A stretch of 44,783 nucleotides of DNA from positions 1-44,783 of the IMG/VR virus record IMGVR_UViG_3300012953_007463; one strand, given 5' to 3'. Every line of letters begins with the position of its first letter. Position 1 is the first letter of the stretch. Positions 17,115 through 26,128 of the stretch are shown piece by piece. The position numbers and the translations under genes are program-made. The DNA is from a virus. Lineage: Duplodnaviria > Caudoviricetes. Under the pieces are notes generated by a model, which saw only the letters and a program-made list of their open reading frames with translations, was not told the origin of the DNA and did no database searches.

Positions 17115-17902
17115 TTCTTCTTCGTGAGTATATAAGAGAAACTCTGTCTGAATCCAGGTTCAAGCAAATGTCTAAGTCAAAGTTTACTGATCTAAAAAGC
17201 CATTTGTTAAACTCTTCTTTTTTAACAGCTGATCCAGCTGGAGATGGAGATGTTGATGACTGGTCTTCAGAAGCTTCTTTGGCTCTTAGAGATAGTCTTA
17301 ATGATTATTTTGATTCTAAATTTGGAGTTGGAAATTTAACTGGAATAGTAAAGGTTTCCCTAATGCCTGATTATACTAGTGAGATGACCAAGGAAGATGT
17401 TTTAAAAGGTGCAACTTATTATTTTGAAAATGGATTACATTTCATTGAGGTTATATTAGCCAGTGTAGACGATGGAGAAGTAATTGGTACAATAGATAAA
17501 GCTCACGAAAAAGTATATGAAGTTATCATGCACGAACTGCTCCACATGCAGCAATTTTTAAAGTTTTCCAAAGGAGAACCAACAGATAAAAAGTGGGACC
17601 AGTTCAAAAAAGAATACCAGGAAAAAGGTGGGCCGTCAGGAATGGGTGAAGATTATTTCTTTTATGACAGTTCTGACGGCCCGTCTGAAATGGAAACATT
17701 TTCATTCCAAATGGCAAATGAATTAGTCCATAGTTTAGGTAAAGAAGAAGCTGTTGCAACACTGCAACAGCAGCATCCTGATCATGATATTATAAGAGTT
17801 AATTCTGCGTCATTTAGAGATATTGAATCTAGATCTAATATTAATCGACCAGAATTTAGAGAAATGCTTAAAAGAGCAAAACAGTATGCAAAGAGAATGT
17901 AA
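17111..17902 (+). CDS. HExxH protein with tag
   Basis: leader MILLREYIRETLSE; HELLHMQQ and a downstream E. Confidence 0.7.
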   Translation: MILLREYIRETLSESRFKQMSKSKFTDLKSHLLNSSFLTADPAGDGDVDDWSSEASLALRDSLNDYFDSKFGVGNLTGIVKVSLMPDYTSEMTKEDVLKGATYYFENGLHFIEVILASVDDGEVIGTIDKAHEKVYEVIMHELLHMQQFLKFSKGEPTDKKWDQFKKEYQEKGGPSGMGEDYFFYDSSDGPSEMETFSFQMANELVHSLGKEEAVATLQQQHPDHDIIRVNSASFRDIESRSNINRPEFREMLKRAKQYAKRM

Positions 17903-18237
17903 TGAGTTTATTAATAACAGAATTAGCGGTGGAAAAAGCAAAAGAGCTTCGTAATAAGATGGAGCACCCAGATAGTTTGGTTTTAAGAGTTGGTCTTTCT
18001 GGTGGTGGATGCTCTGGATTTAAATACAACCTAGACTTTATCGAAGAGCCAGAAGAAAAAGAAGAATATAAGCTTATAGAAAAAGATGGTTTAAAAATAG
18101 TTTGCGATAAGAAGTCATATATTTTTTTAGTAGGGACTGAAATTGATTATGAAGAAACATTAATGAGTTCTGGCTTCATATTTAATTCTCCAATGGCTTC
18201 TAGAAAATGCGGCTGCGGAGAATCTGTAGGGTTTTAA
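17902..18237 (+). CDS. iscA: A-type Fe-S carrier (IscA/HesB family)
   Basis: GGGCSGFKY and CGCGES motifs. Confidence 0.93.
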   Translation: MSLLITELAVEKAKELRNKMEHPDSLVLRVGLSGGGCSGFKYNLDFIEEPEEKEEYKLIEKDGLKIVCDKKSYIFLVGTEIDYEETLMSSGFIFNSPMASRKCGCGESVGF

Positions 18238-18238
18238 A

Positions 18239-18505
18239 ATGACTAAAGAAAAGATTCAGCTTTTTATAAATGAAAATATCAACCCTGGGCTAGAAATGCA
18301 TGGTGGTTATCTAACCGCGCATGAATATGACGAAGCGGATGGTATTCTTTATGTTATTATGGGTGGAGGGTGCCAAGGGTGTTCTGCAGCCAATGAAACC
18401 CTGAAGTATTCAATTGATTTGATGCTAAAAGAAGAGTTCTCTGAAATTAAAGAAATTCAAGATGCAACTCAACATAGTGCAGGAGTTAATCCATATTATG
18501 CCTAA
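18239..18505 (+). CDS. NifU C-terminal (Nfu) domain protein, NfuA-like
   Basis: INP-x-L-x-x-HGG, GGGCQGC and DATQH-x-x-G-x-NPYY. Confidence 0.9.
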   Translation: MTKEKIQLFINENINPGLEMHGGYLTAHEYDEADGILYVIMGGGCQGCSAANETLKYSIDLMLKEEFSEIKEIQDATQHSAGVNPYYA

Positions 18506-19223
18506 CCTATTACGCGAATACATAAGATTTTTAATAGAGCAAAGTGATACGCCAAAAGTTATTTTTATGGCCGGCGGTCCGGGATCTGGAAAATCGACTG
18601 TTATTCACAAACTCGGTTTATCTAATAGATTAGAAGTAATTAATCCAGACGATCAATATGAAGAAACGCTAAGAGCTGAAGGAATTCCGCTAGATAGAGC
18701 ATCTTTGATAGATGAATATAAACCTATAAAAGACAGATATGATGCTGCAAACGAAAGTGGCGATCATGCCACAGCGGTTGCTCTAGAGCCCGAATACCTT
18801 CGTCTGAGGAATTTGCTAAGCAGAAATATGGTTCTATTCAATCAAGCTAGAAAGGGTGCCAAACAAACCCAGGAAGATCACATCGCTGCAGGAAAAGAAT
18901 TTTTAGTAGACGGTACTGGCGGGAATTATAATGAGATTGCTAGCCAAGTAGAAAAACTAGAAAGCGCTGGATATGATGTCGCTATGATTTTTATCGATGT
19001 CCCTATGGAAACCTCTATATCTCGTGACGATGCAAGAGGTAAAAGGGGCGGAAGAAGATTAGGTGCTAAGACTGTAGAAAAATCTTGGGGTGCAGTAAAT
19101 GCAAACAAATCCCAATATGAAGAGCTTTTTGGAGACGATTTTTTCTATATCGATGCTTCTGAAAATATGTTTGAAGATTCAATAGACAACGTATCTTCTC
19201 GCATTATGGGATTTTTGGGGTAA
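18498..19223 (+). CDS. zeta toxin/AAA_33-like P-loop kinase with tag
   Basis: leader MPNLLREYIRFLIE; AGGPGSGKS, INPDD, VDGTG and R-x3-R lid. Confidence 0.8.
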   Translation: MPNLLREYIRFLIEQSDTPKVIFMAGGPGSGKSTVIHKLGLSNRLEVINPDDQYEETLRAEGIPLDRASLIDEYKPIKDRYDAANESGDHATAVALEPEYLRLRNLLSRNMVLFNQARKGAKQTQEDHIAAGKEFLVDGTGGNYNEIASQVEKLESAGYDVAMIFIDVPMETSISRDDARGKRGGRRLGAKTVEKSWGAVNANKSQYEELFGDDFFYIDASENMFEDSIDNVSSRIMGFLG

Positions 19224-19229
19224 AAGCGT

Positions 19230-19871
19230 ATGAGTATAATTCGTGATTATGTAAGACAAATCTTAAAAGAAAATTCTGATTCTGGTTCGCTTGTGATAGT
19301 TGATGTTCAGCCAGCTTATGAATCTAACGCAAGTTTTGATATTGGTGAATTGCTAGTTTGGGCTCATAAAAATTACTCAAATATCCTAGTATTATGGAAC
19401 GGTCCAGACCTGGGGTTTGTAGATCGTCAAGGGCTTATAAGCTTTTATTTTGAAAAAATCGCTGATTATTTCGGCGAAGATTATGAACGGGCTGATGAGA
19501 TTGTTGATAGCCTTACAAGTAAATCAACTTTTTTTGATAAGGGTTATGGATTCTTTAGAGATTTAATGGACGATTCCAGGTGTTATCCAAGACAGCATAT
19601 AATAAAAATAGTTAAGTACATGTTGGACAACAACATTACTATGCTTTATGAATTAACTGAAGAGCAATTCGCTGAAATTGACGTGCCAGATCTCATGTTT
19701 GATGAACTTGAAGATTATGGATTTAGTATTCCAGAGTTAGCAGATGTTTTACCAAAATGGAACGGGTCTGATATCGTTGGTGGTGACGAAGATGAATGTA
19801 TGGCAGAAGTACTAATCTTGGGAACAGCCCAAGGATTATCATTCAATAAGATATCAAAGTATATTTATTAG
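19230..19871 (+). CDS. isochorismatase/cysteine hydrolase-like protein with tag
   Basis: leader MSIIRDYVRQILKE; LVIVDVQ and IVGG-x4-C motifs. Confidence 0.6.
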   Translation: MSIIRDYVRQILKENSDSGSLVIVDVQPAYESNASFDIGELLVWAHKNYSNILVLWNGPDLGFVDRQGLISFYFEKIADYFGEDYERADEIVDSLTSKSTFFDKGYGFFRDLMDDSRCYPRQHIIKIVKYMLDNNITMLYELTEEQFAEIDVPDLMFDELEDYGFSIPELADVLPKWNGSDIVGGDEDECMAEVLILGTAQGLSFNKISKYIY

Positions 19872-19885
19872 TCAAGGTTGTATAT

Positions 19886-20209
19886 ATGAAACACTTACGA
19901 AAATATATAAGGCAAATACTTCTTGAAATGCAAGCTGGAGGACCAGGTGTTCAACAGATGATCGGCTATGGTAAAAACTACCACACAGTAAATCCACAGC
20001 CTTATACATGGCAAAACTATGAAGGGTTGAGTTACGACCTTAGCGCTGAAGGTGATGGCTCATATTACGCGTCAGTGCAGGTAAAAGAATATCCAGAGCT
20101 ATCTACTCCCGTAAGAACTTTCGCAGATGAAGCTAGCGCAGAGTTTTGGGTAAGAGATACCTATGAAAGATTACACCGAATCTTATTGGCTAAGAGTTCC
20201 GTTGAGTAG
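19886..20209 (+). CDS. hypothetical protein with tag
   Basis: leader MKHLRKYIRQILLE. Confidence 0.7.
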   Translation: MKHLRKYIRQILLEMQAGGPGVQQMIGYGKNYHTVNPQPYTWQNYEGLSYDLSAEGDGSYYASVQVKEYPELSTPVRTFADEASAEFWVRDTYERLHRILLAKSSVE

Positions 20210-20965
20210 ATATTCAAACTGTAAAAGAAACGCTTTTACTTGAGTGTGAGTAGAGCAAATAGTAATACTCTGAAACCCTTGTAGAGAAGAGTGAACAACA
20301 CCTATTATTTCACCCCTTTCATTTAGTATAGAAGACCCTGAGCTTCCCTGCGTGGCTGGTACTGTATATACTGAGTCTGCACCGTTAGAAGTAAAAGTAT
20401 CTCCTGAATAGTAACCATCAAGTAGTGGTACCATACCGGGGCTAAAAAACGCCATCGGAGCAGCAACAGAGTATACCTCGTCCCCAATGTTGACTGGGTT
20501 TTCTGCAAACTTAACAGTTGGATGAGGCCAGTTTTCTATTTCCAGCATGCACAAATCATTTTGAATATCACTCAATATTATTCTAGCTTGGTATGAATTT
20601 CCAAAAAAATCTGTAACGCTTATAGTTTTTGTGGCTCCAAGAGTCCAAACAGCGACCATAAATGTAGGGGGATTGCAAACATGGTTTGCAGTTAAAATAG
20701 CAGTGTTTCCCTCAGAAGTCGTTCCAACAGCTATTCCAGATCCTCTAGAGCCCATTGAGGTCGGAATGTTTCCAGTATCAGAAGATACTTGAGGTATTTC
20801 TAGATCTATACTAATATATGCAAAAGATCGATGTGGGAACTGTGCGTTTTGTAGCGATTCGTATTCTACATTTTGAAACAAACTATAGCCTTGGTATATA
20901 ATTCCTATCATGATTATTGAGAATAGAATTGTGTATAACCAGCGAGTCCTTTGCTTCATTCGCAC
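20183..20965 (-). CDS. membrane-anchored trypsin-like serine protease
   Basis: N-terminal TM; LTANHVC, DLC and GSSGS catalytic triad motifs. Confidence 0.9.
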   Translation of the reverse strand: MRMKQRTRWLYTILFSIIMIGIIYQGYSLFQNVEYESLQNAQFPHRSFAYISIDLEIPQVSSDTGNIPTSMGSRGSGIAVGTTSEGNTAILTANHVCNPPTFMVAVWTLGATKTISVTDFFGNSYQARIILSDIQNDLCMLEIENWPHPTVKFAENPVNIGDEVYSVAAPMAFFSPGMVPLLDGYYSGDTFTSNGADSVYTVPATQGSSGSSILNERGEIIGVVHSSLQGFQSITICSTHTQVKAFLLQFEYLLNGTLSQ

Positions 20966-21012
20966 CTGTCCTCCATAATCCTAATTATACAATTAAAAGG
21001 TGCTCAAGAAAA

Positions 21013-21831
21013 ATGAATGATAATTCTATAGTTTTGTTTGATATGGATGGAACATTAACTCCAGCTAGATTACCCGCTGATAATCGTATGGGAACGTCTC
21101 TAGCAAAGTTAAGCAAATATACAAAAGTTGGTATTGTTACTGGGAGTGATTTTGATTACCTTGTTCAGCAATGTGATTCTCTGTGGAATTCCAGAGCAAC
21201 TATCTCGCCAGAAAACCTTTTTTTACTTCCCTGTAATGGAACAAAATTTTATTCTTGGAGTGCTGGAAACTGGAAATTACAGAAATCAGTGGATATGAGG
21301 CAAGAGTTAGGAGAAGAAGATTTTCAGCTTTTAATGAAAACTCTAATAACATCTCTATTTACAGCAACAGCTTCAAATTTTGATCTTCCGCTAACTGGAC
21401 ATTTTATTTCTTATAGAGACAGCATGATTAACTGGTGTCCAATTGGAAGAAACGCAAACAATGAACAGAGAAAAGAGTTTGTAGAATGGGATAAGAAGAC
21501 CGGTATGAGATTAAAAACAGTTGAAAAACTAGAAAAAATAATTTCTAACTCGATTGGAGAGAATAAAATTTGTTTTGCATTAGGTGGAAATACTTCGATC
21601 GACATTTACCCTGAAGGATGGGATAAAACATACGCATTACAATATTTTCCAGATTATGAATGCTGGTTCGTCGGCGATCGATGTGATGAAAACGGTAATG
21701 ACAAAACTATTTATGATGCTTTATCTATTCACGACAAAGCTTTTAAAACAGAGGGGCCGAATCAAACTATGGAAATTATAGAAGAAATAATCAGCTGCTT
21801 AAATCCCACTCTACCACAGCGACAAAGTTAG
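21013..21831 (+). CDS. eukaryote-type HAD-IIB phosphomannomutase
   Basis: LFDMDGTLTPAR, VTGSD, INWCPIGRNA, GGNTSIDIYPEGWDKTY and GD...GND match the PMM2/Sec53 signature. Confidence 0.88.
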   Translation: MNDNSIVLFDMDGTLTPARLPADNRMGTSLAKLSKYTKVGIVTGSDFDYLVQQCDSLWNSRATISPENLFLLPCNGTKFYSWSAGNWKLQKSVDMRQELGEEDFQLLMKTLITSLFTATASNFDLPLTGHFISYRDSMINWCPIGRNANNEQRKEFVEWDKKTGMRLKTVEKLEKIISNSIGENKICFALGGNTSIDIYPEGWDKTYALQYFPDYECWFVGDRCDENGNDKTIYDALSIHDKAFKTEGPNQTMEIIEEIISCLNPTLPQRQS

Positions 21832-22282
21832 TTTGTCTGTACATGATGCCATTCTTGACTAAAGAAAAACCAAAAGCATGTCCCTTAGTCAATTCTACAG
21901 GGGTAGCTAAAACTAGTTCGACAGTTGCATTATTTTTACTACACAACATTGAGTGGTTGGTAACTATTCCATTTTCTACGGTTCCACCGTCGCCACTAGT
22001 CCGGACTTGCACAGTAACAGGGTCAGATGCATCTCCTACTGATGGTCTAATCATAAACTTAGTAACTGTTCCATTATAGGGTGCAATTAGTTGGTGCTGT
22101 CTGACTGTAAATGTTCTTAGCCAGTTATTTCTTCCCGGCATTGATATGTAGACAACATTGGTGTTGTTGTAGTCCGCTGACGAATGGTACATTTGCGGTA
22201 ATATAAGAGTTGATTCATTTACATCATCTCCCGTAATTGTCCCATCTAGTATTTGGGTACCTTTTATTTGTGTTCTTCCCAT
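21791..22282 (-). CDS. putative virion/fibre-associated protein
   Basis: TQILDGTITGDDV fibre-like motif followed by a beta-rich domain. Confidence 0.5.
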   Translation of the reverse strand: MGRTQIKGTQILDGTITGDDVNESTLILPQMYHSSADYNNTNVVYISMPGRNNWLRTFTVRQHQLIAPYNGTVTKFMIRPSVGDASDPVTVQVRTSGDGGTVENGIVTNHSMLCSKNNATVELVLATPVELTKGHAFGFSLVKNGIMYRQTNFVAVVEWDLSS

Positions 22283-22299
22283 TTTTTTCTCCCTGTAGC

Positions 22300-22327
22300 T
22301 TGTAAATATGCGAAAAAATGTTATAAT
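22300..22327 (+). promoter_or_regulatory. putative sigma70-type promoter for the helicase operon
   Basis: TTGTAA-N16-TATAAT with extended TG. Confidence 0.55.
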
Positions 22328-22357
22328 AAACTTAAGTAGGTTTATGCGAGATTATTA

Positions 22358-23992
22358 ATGCCAGATACTTTTTCATACGAACAATTTTTTCCTTATGAGA
22401 AAATTAGAAAAGAACAAACACTAGCAATTGATTTTGCTTTAGACACTTTTATAAATTCTGATAAGAAATTTGTTATTATTGAAGCTGGTACAGGTGTCGG
22501 TAAATCAGCGGTTGGTTATACAATAGCAAAGTACTTAAATAACCAAGTTCTTAAGCCAGACTCTAATTTTGAGCCTGGAAGTTATTTTATAACAACCCAA
22601 AAAATTCTACAAGAGCAATATATTTCTGACTTTGGTGCAGGGCCCAGACCTATGCGCTCTATTAAGTCATCTTCAAATTATAGGTGTTCATACAATAAGA
22701 AAAATTCTTGTGGAGAGAGTCAACGTCTGCTTAAAGTAGCCGATAAGAAATCTCCATTTTTTAAAGCGTGTACTTTTAATTGCGCTTACAAAAAAGCGAA
22801 AGAGCAGTTTATAGAAGCAGGTGAAGGAGTTAGTAATTTTTCTTATTTCCTTGCAGAAACATATTATTCAGGAAAAATTAAACCAAGAAATTTGCTAGTA
22901 ATAGATGAAGCTCACAATTGTGATATGCAGCTCAGTAAATTTGTAGAAATGTCTATTTCTGAAAAATTTTGTAACCAAGTGTTGAACGTTAAGTTTCCAG
23001 AAGGAAAGACGCAACTTCAGGCTTTTACTTGGGTGCAAGATATTTATGAGCCAAAACTTAAGCTTCACGTCGCGCACGTAGAATCTATTTTAGAAAAGTA
23101 TTCGAACCTTAGAGATAAACTGGACCAATTCGTTAATCTTTCTCAAAAGTATGAGATGCTAGACAAGCATCTTTGTAAGTTGCACAGGTTCTTACAGATT
23201 TATGAAAAAGATAATTGGATCATGAATCTTGTAGAGTCTGACGTTCAAAAATCTAAAAAAATTGAGTTTAAACCTGTTTGTGTAGCACCTCACTCTGAAG
23301 ACATCTTGTTCAAAAATGGTGAAAAGATATTAATGATGTCTGCTACTATTCTAGACCGTGAAGGTTTTTGTGAAACTCTTGGAATACCTTTAGAAGACTC
23401 TGCATTTATCTCAATTCCCTCTCCATTTCCTGCAGAGAATAAGCCGATTATTTATTCTGGAATTGGAAGAATGAGTTCTAGTAGTATTGAGCAAACTTTG
23501 CCAAAAATGGTAGACGCTGTGAAAGCTATATTAGAACAACACAAAAACGAAAAAGGTATTATTCATTGCCACTCTTATAAAGTCGCACACTATCTTAAAA
23601 AGAATATTAGAAATTCAAGATTATTAATTCACGGTTCCGACAATAGAGACGAAGTACTTAGAAAACATATTAATTCTAAAAAAGCAACAGTTCTTCTCTC
23701 TCCCTCAATGACAGAGGGAGTAGATTTAAAGGGAGATATAAGTAGATTTCAAATTTTATGTAAAGTACCATATCCATATCTTGGAGATAAACTGATCAAG
23801 AAAAAGATGAATAAATGGAAATGGTGGTATCCTTTACAAACTGCAAAAACTATTGTTCAGTCTGTAGGTAGGAGTGTTAGGAGCGTTGATGATCACGCTG
23901 TGACCTATATTTTAGACTCTGACTGGATTAGATTTTATAATAAAAATTCGAAATATTTTCCACTCGATTTTAAAAGGAGTATTTATGACTGA
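22358..23992 (+). CDS. DinG/XPD-family SF2 helicase
   Basis: EAGTGVGKS, IDEAH, MSAT, EGVD, KVPYP and QSVGRSVR; Cys cluster after motif Ia. Confidence 0.92.
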   Translation: MPDTFSYEQFFPYEKIRKEQTLAIDFALDTFINSDKKFVIIEAGTGVGKSAVGYTIAKYLNNQVLKPDSNFEPGSYFITTQKILQEQYISDFGAGPRPMRSIKSSSNYRCSYNKKNSCGESQRLLKVADKKSPFFKACTFNCAYKKAKEQFIEAGEGVSNFSYFLAETYYSGKIKPRNLLVIDEAHNCDMQLSKFVEMSISEKFCNQVLNVKFPEGKTQLQAFTWVQDIYEPKLKLHVAHVESILEKYSNLRDKLDQFVNLSQKYEMLDKHLCKLHRFLQIYEKDNWIMNLVESDVQKSKKIEFKPVCVAPHSEDILFKNGEKILMMSATILDREGFCETLGIPLEDSAFISIPSPFPAENKPIIYSGIGRMSSSSIEQTLPKMVDAVKAILEQHKNEKGIIHCHSYKVAHYLKKNIRNSRLLIHGSDNRDEVLRKHINSKKATVLLSPSMTEGVDLKGDISRFQILCKVPYPYLGDKLIKKKMNKWKWWYPLQTAKTIVQSVGRSVRSVDDHAVTYILDSDWIRFYNKNSKYFPLDFKRSIYD

Positions 23993-24488
23993 AAAAATTT
24001 GGACTGACATTAGAGATTTAGCAGATCACTTAAAAGAAAAAGACTACGAAATATATGCCACCTCAGGAGGATTTGACCCACTGCATGTAGGACATTTGAG
24101 ATGCATTCAAGAATCAGCTGATATAGCTCAGAGAGGCTCTAGAACAGGAAATGATTGGAAGCCTGGAGTTTTAGTAGTTATTGTAAATGGCGACGGATTT
24201 TTAAATAGAAAAAAAGATTACGCTTTTATGCCTGTTGATGAAAGAATGGAAATTATCGCGGGGTTGCAGGGAGTTGATTATGTGGTGGAATGGGATGATG
24301 GTGGCCAAACAGTAGTGGGTGCACTAGAAATTTTAAAGCCTAACTTTTTTCTCAAGGGAGGAGACCGTGATAACAGAACAAACGTCCCTGAGTTCGATAC
24401 TTGTAAAGATTTAGGCTGTAAAGTTATATTCAATGTTGGTGGAGGAAAAGTGCAAAGTTCTTCTCACTTAGTAAAAAATCTTCAATAA
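23985..24488 (+). CDS. cytidylyltransferase-like nucleotidyltransferase (TagD/RfaE-II family)
   Basis: SGGFDPLHVGH, ER-x-EII, KGGD and SSS. Confidence 0.9.
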   Translation: MTEKIWTDIRDLADHLKEKDYEIYATSGGFDPLHVGHLRCIQESADIAQRGSRTGNDWKPGVLVVIVNGDGFLNRKKDYAFMPVDERMEIIAGLQGVDYVVEWDDGGQTVVGALEILKPNFFLKGGDRDNRTNVPEFDTCKDLGCKVIFNVGGGKVQSSSHLVKNLQ

Positions 24489-24505
24489 ACTAGGAGTAAA
24501 AAGCT

Positions 24506-24919
24506 TTGAAAAAGAAATCTAGTAAAAGGCCTGGAGCTGGTTTTGTACTTGTTAAAAGATTTGCAGATGGCTGGAAGCCTCTTGGTTTGAGACTTTACGG
24601 TAGATATGATTTGCCAAAAGGCGGTGTAGATCGTGCTGATGCTGGAAATAGATTTGTTACGGCGCAAAGAGAGTGTATAGAAGAGTGTGGAATTAGTGTT
24701 TCTCCTTCTGATATGAAGTGGGGAAATGATAGCATTCAAGTTGGACATGTTACAATATTTTTAGCAGAAACAACTCAAGAGCCAGTTATTAAAAAAAATC
24801 CGAAATCAGGAATTATTGAGCATCATTCTGCAGACTGGCTTGACTGGGATACTTTGGAGGAAAAAATTTATGGATATTTGGGGCCCGCTATTGTTTGGGC
24901 AAGAAACAAAGTTGAATAA
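24506..24919 (+). CDS. Nudix hydrolase
   Basis: LPKGG...AQRECIEECG Nudix box; TTG start uncertain. Confidence 0.85.
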   Translation: MKKKSSKRPGAGFVLVKRFADGWKPLGLRLYGRYDLPKGGVDRADAGNRFVTAQRECIEECGISVSPSDMKWGNDSIQVGHVTIFLAETTQEPVIKKNPKSGIIEHHSADWLDWDTLEEKIYGYLGPAIVWARNKVE

Positions 24920-24955
24920 TGAATTACTATATCTTTAAGAGAGATAATTAGTTAC

Positions 24956-26128
24956 ATGTCGATATTCAAGGAACATAAAACAATCGCCGACAGATCTTCA
25001 TCAGATAGAAGGCGTCATCGTGAAAAAATCGATAAAGCTATTCGTGAGGGAATTCACAATATTGTTGCCGAAGAATCGATTATTGGTAAAGATGGAAAGA
25101 AAAAAATAAAAATTCCTGTTAGGGGAATTAAAGAATACAGATTTGTTTATGGTAACAACTCTGGCGGTAGAGTTGGAGCTGCTCCTGGAAAAAATGTAAA
25201 AAGAGGAGATAAGTTCGCAAATCAAAATACTGGAAAACAACCTGGCGAAGGCGAAGCTGGAGATGGCGAAGGCGAAGAGTTTTACGAGGTAGAAATAACT
25301 TTGGACGAACTCTCTGAATATCTTTTTCACGATTTAGAGCTTCCAGATCTAGTTAAAAAGTCTATTAAAAAATTAGAATCTCAGAAGATTAAAAGAAAAG
25401 GCTATAGAAATGCCGGTATTAGACCAAGACTAGACAAAAAAGAAACAGTCAAGAGAATGCTTCGCAGAAAGAAGATGGCTCAAAGAAACGATATCCAAGA
25501 TCAAGAAAGTGAAGATTTCCCTTTTAACGAAAGAGACTTAAGATACAGGCATTTTAAGAATTCAACTTCTTATTCTTCTAACGCAGTTATATTCTTTATT
25601 ATGGACATTTCTGGAAGTATGAGCAAGAATAAAAAGTATTTAGCTAGAAGTTTCTTCTTTTTACTTTATCATTTTATTAGATCCAGATATGAAAACACAG
25701 AGTTAGTTTTTATCGCTCATGATTCTCAAGCTTACGAATGTTCTGAAGAGCAATTTTTTCAAAGAGGTTCTAGCGGTGGAACTATAGTTTCATCAGCTTT
25801 AGAAATGGTAGACGATATAATGATGAAACGATATCATCCAGAAAATTGGAACATATATGCCTTTCAGTGCAGTGATGGTGATAACTGGAATACAGACAAC
25901 GATAAAGTTAGAGACCTAATGTCTGTTATAAAACCAAGATGCCAGCTTTTTGGTTATTGCGAAATTGAGCCTCATATTGAGCAGCTTAAATGGCAAGATG
26001 AAACTTCACTTTGGGGCTGCTTAAAAGTTATGTCAGACGCAAATTTAAAACTAGCAAAAGTTAGTGAAAAGACAGATGTCTGGGAAGCTTTCAATCATTT
26101 TTTCGGAGGTAAGCTAGCAAATGTCTAA
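24956..26128 (+). CDS. yeaH: YeaH/YhbH (DUF444) vWA-domain protein
   Basis: DRRRH, DLELP, DLRYR, MDISGSM, SGGTIVSSA and SDGDNW. Confidence 0.93.
   Translation: MSIFKEHKTIADRSSSDRRRHREKIDKAIREGIHNIVAEESIIGKDGKKKIKIPVRGIKEYRFVYGNNSGGRVGAAPGKNVKRGDKFANQNTGKQPGEGEAGDGEGEEFYEVEITLDELSEYLFHDLELPDLVKKSIKKLESQKIKRKGYRNAGIRPRLDKKETVKRMLRRKKMAQRNDIQDQESEDFPFNERDLRYRHFKNSTSYSSNAVIFFIMDISGSMSKNKKYLARSFFFLLYHFIRSRYENTELVFIAHDSQAYECSEEQFFQRGSSGGTIVSSALEMVDDIMMKRYHPENWNIYAFQCSDGDNWNTDNDKVRDLMSVIKPRCQLFGYCEIEPHIEQLKWQDETSLWGCLKVMSDANLKLAKVSEKTDVWEAFNHFFGGKLANV

Noticed and set aside
18498-19871. Epsilon-zeta toxin-antitoxin pair
   Set aside because: No antitoxin-like neighbour: the upstream gene is Nfu and the downstream gene is a hydrolase-fold protein. 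Kinase substrate is undetermined.
21013-21831. Eukaryotic giant virus (NCLDV) origin suggested by the PMM
   Set aside because: SD sequences, sigma70-type promoters, intrinsic terminators, coupled operons and bacterial gene families point to a bacteriophage.
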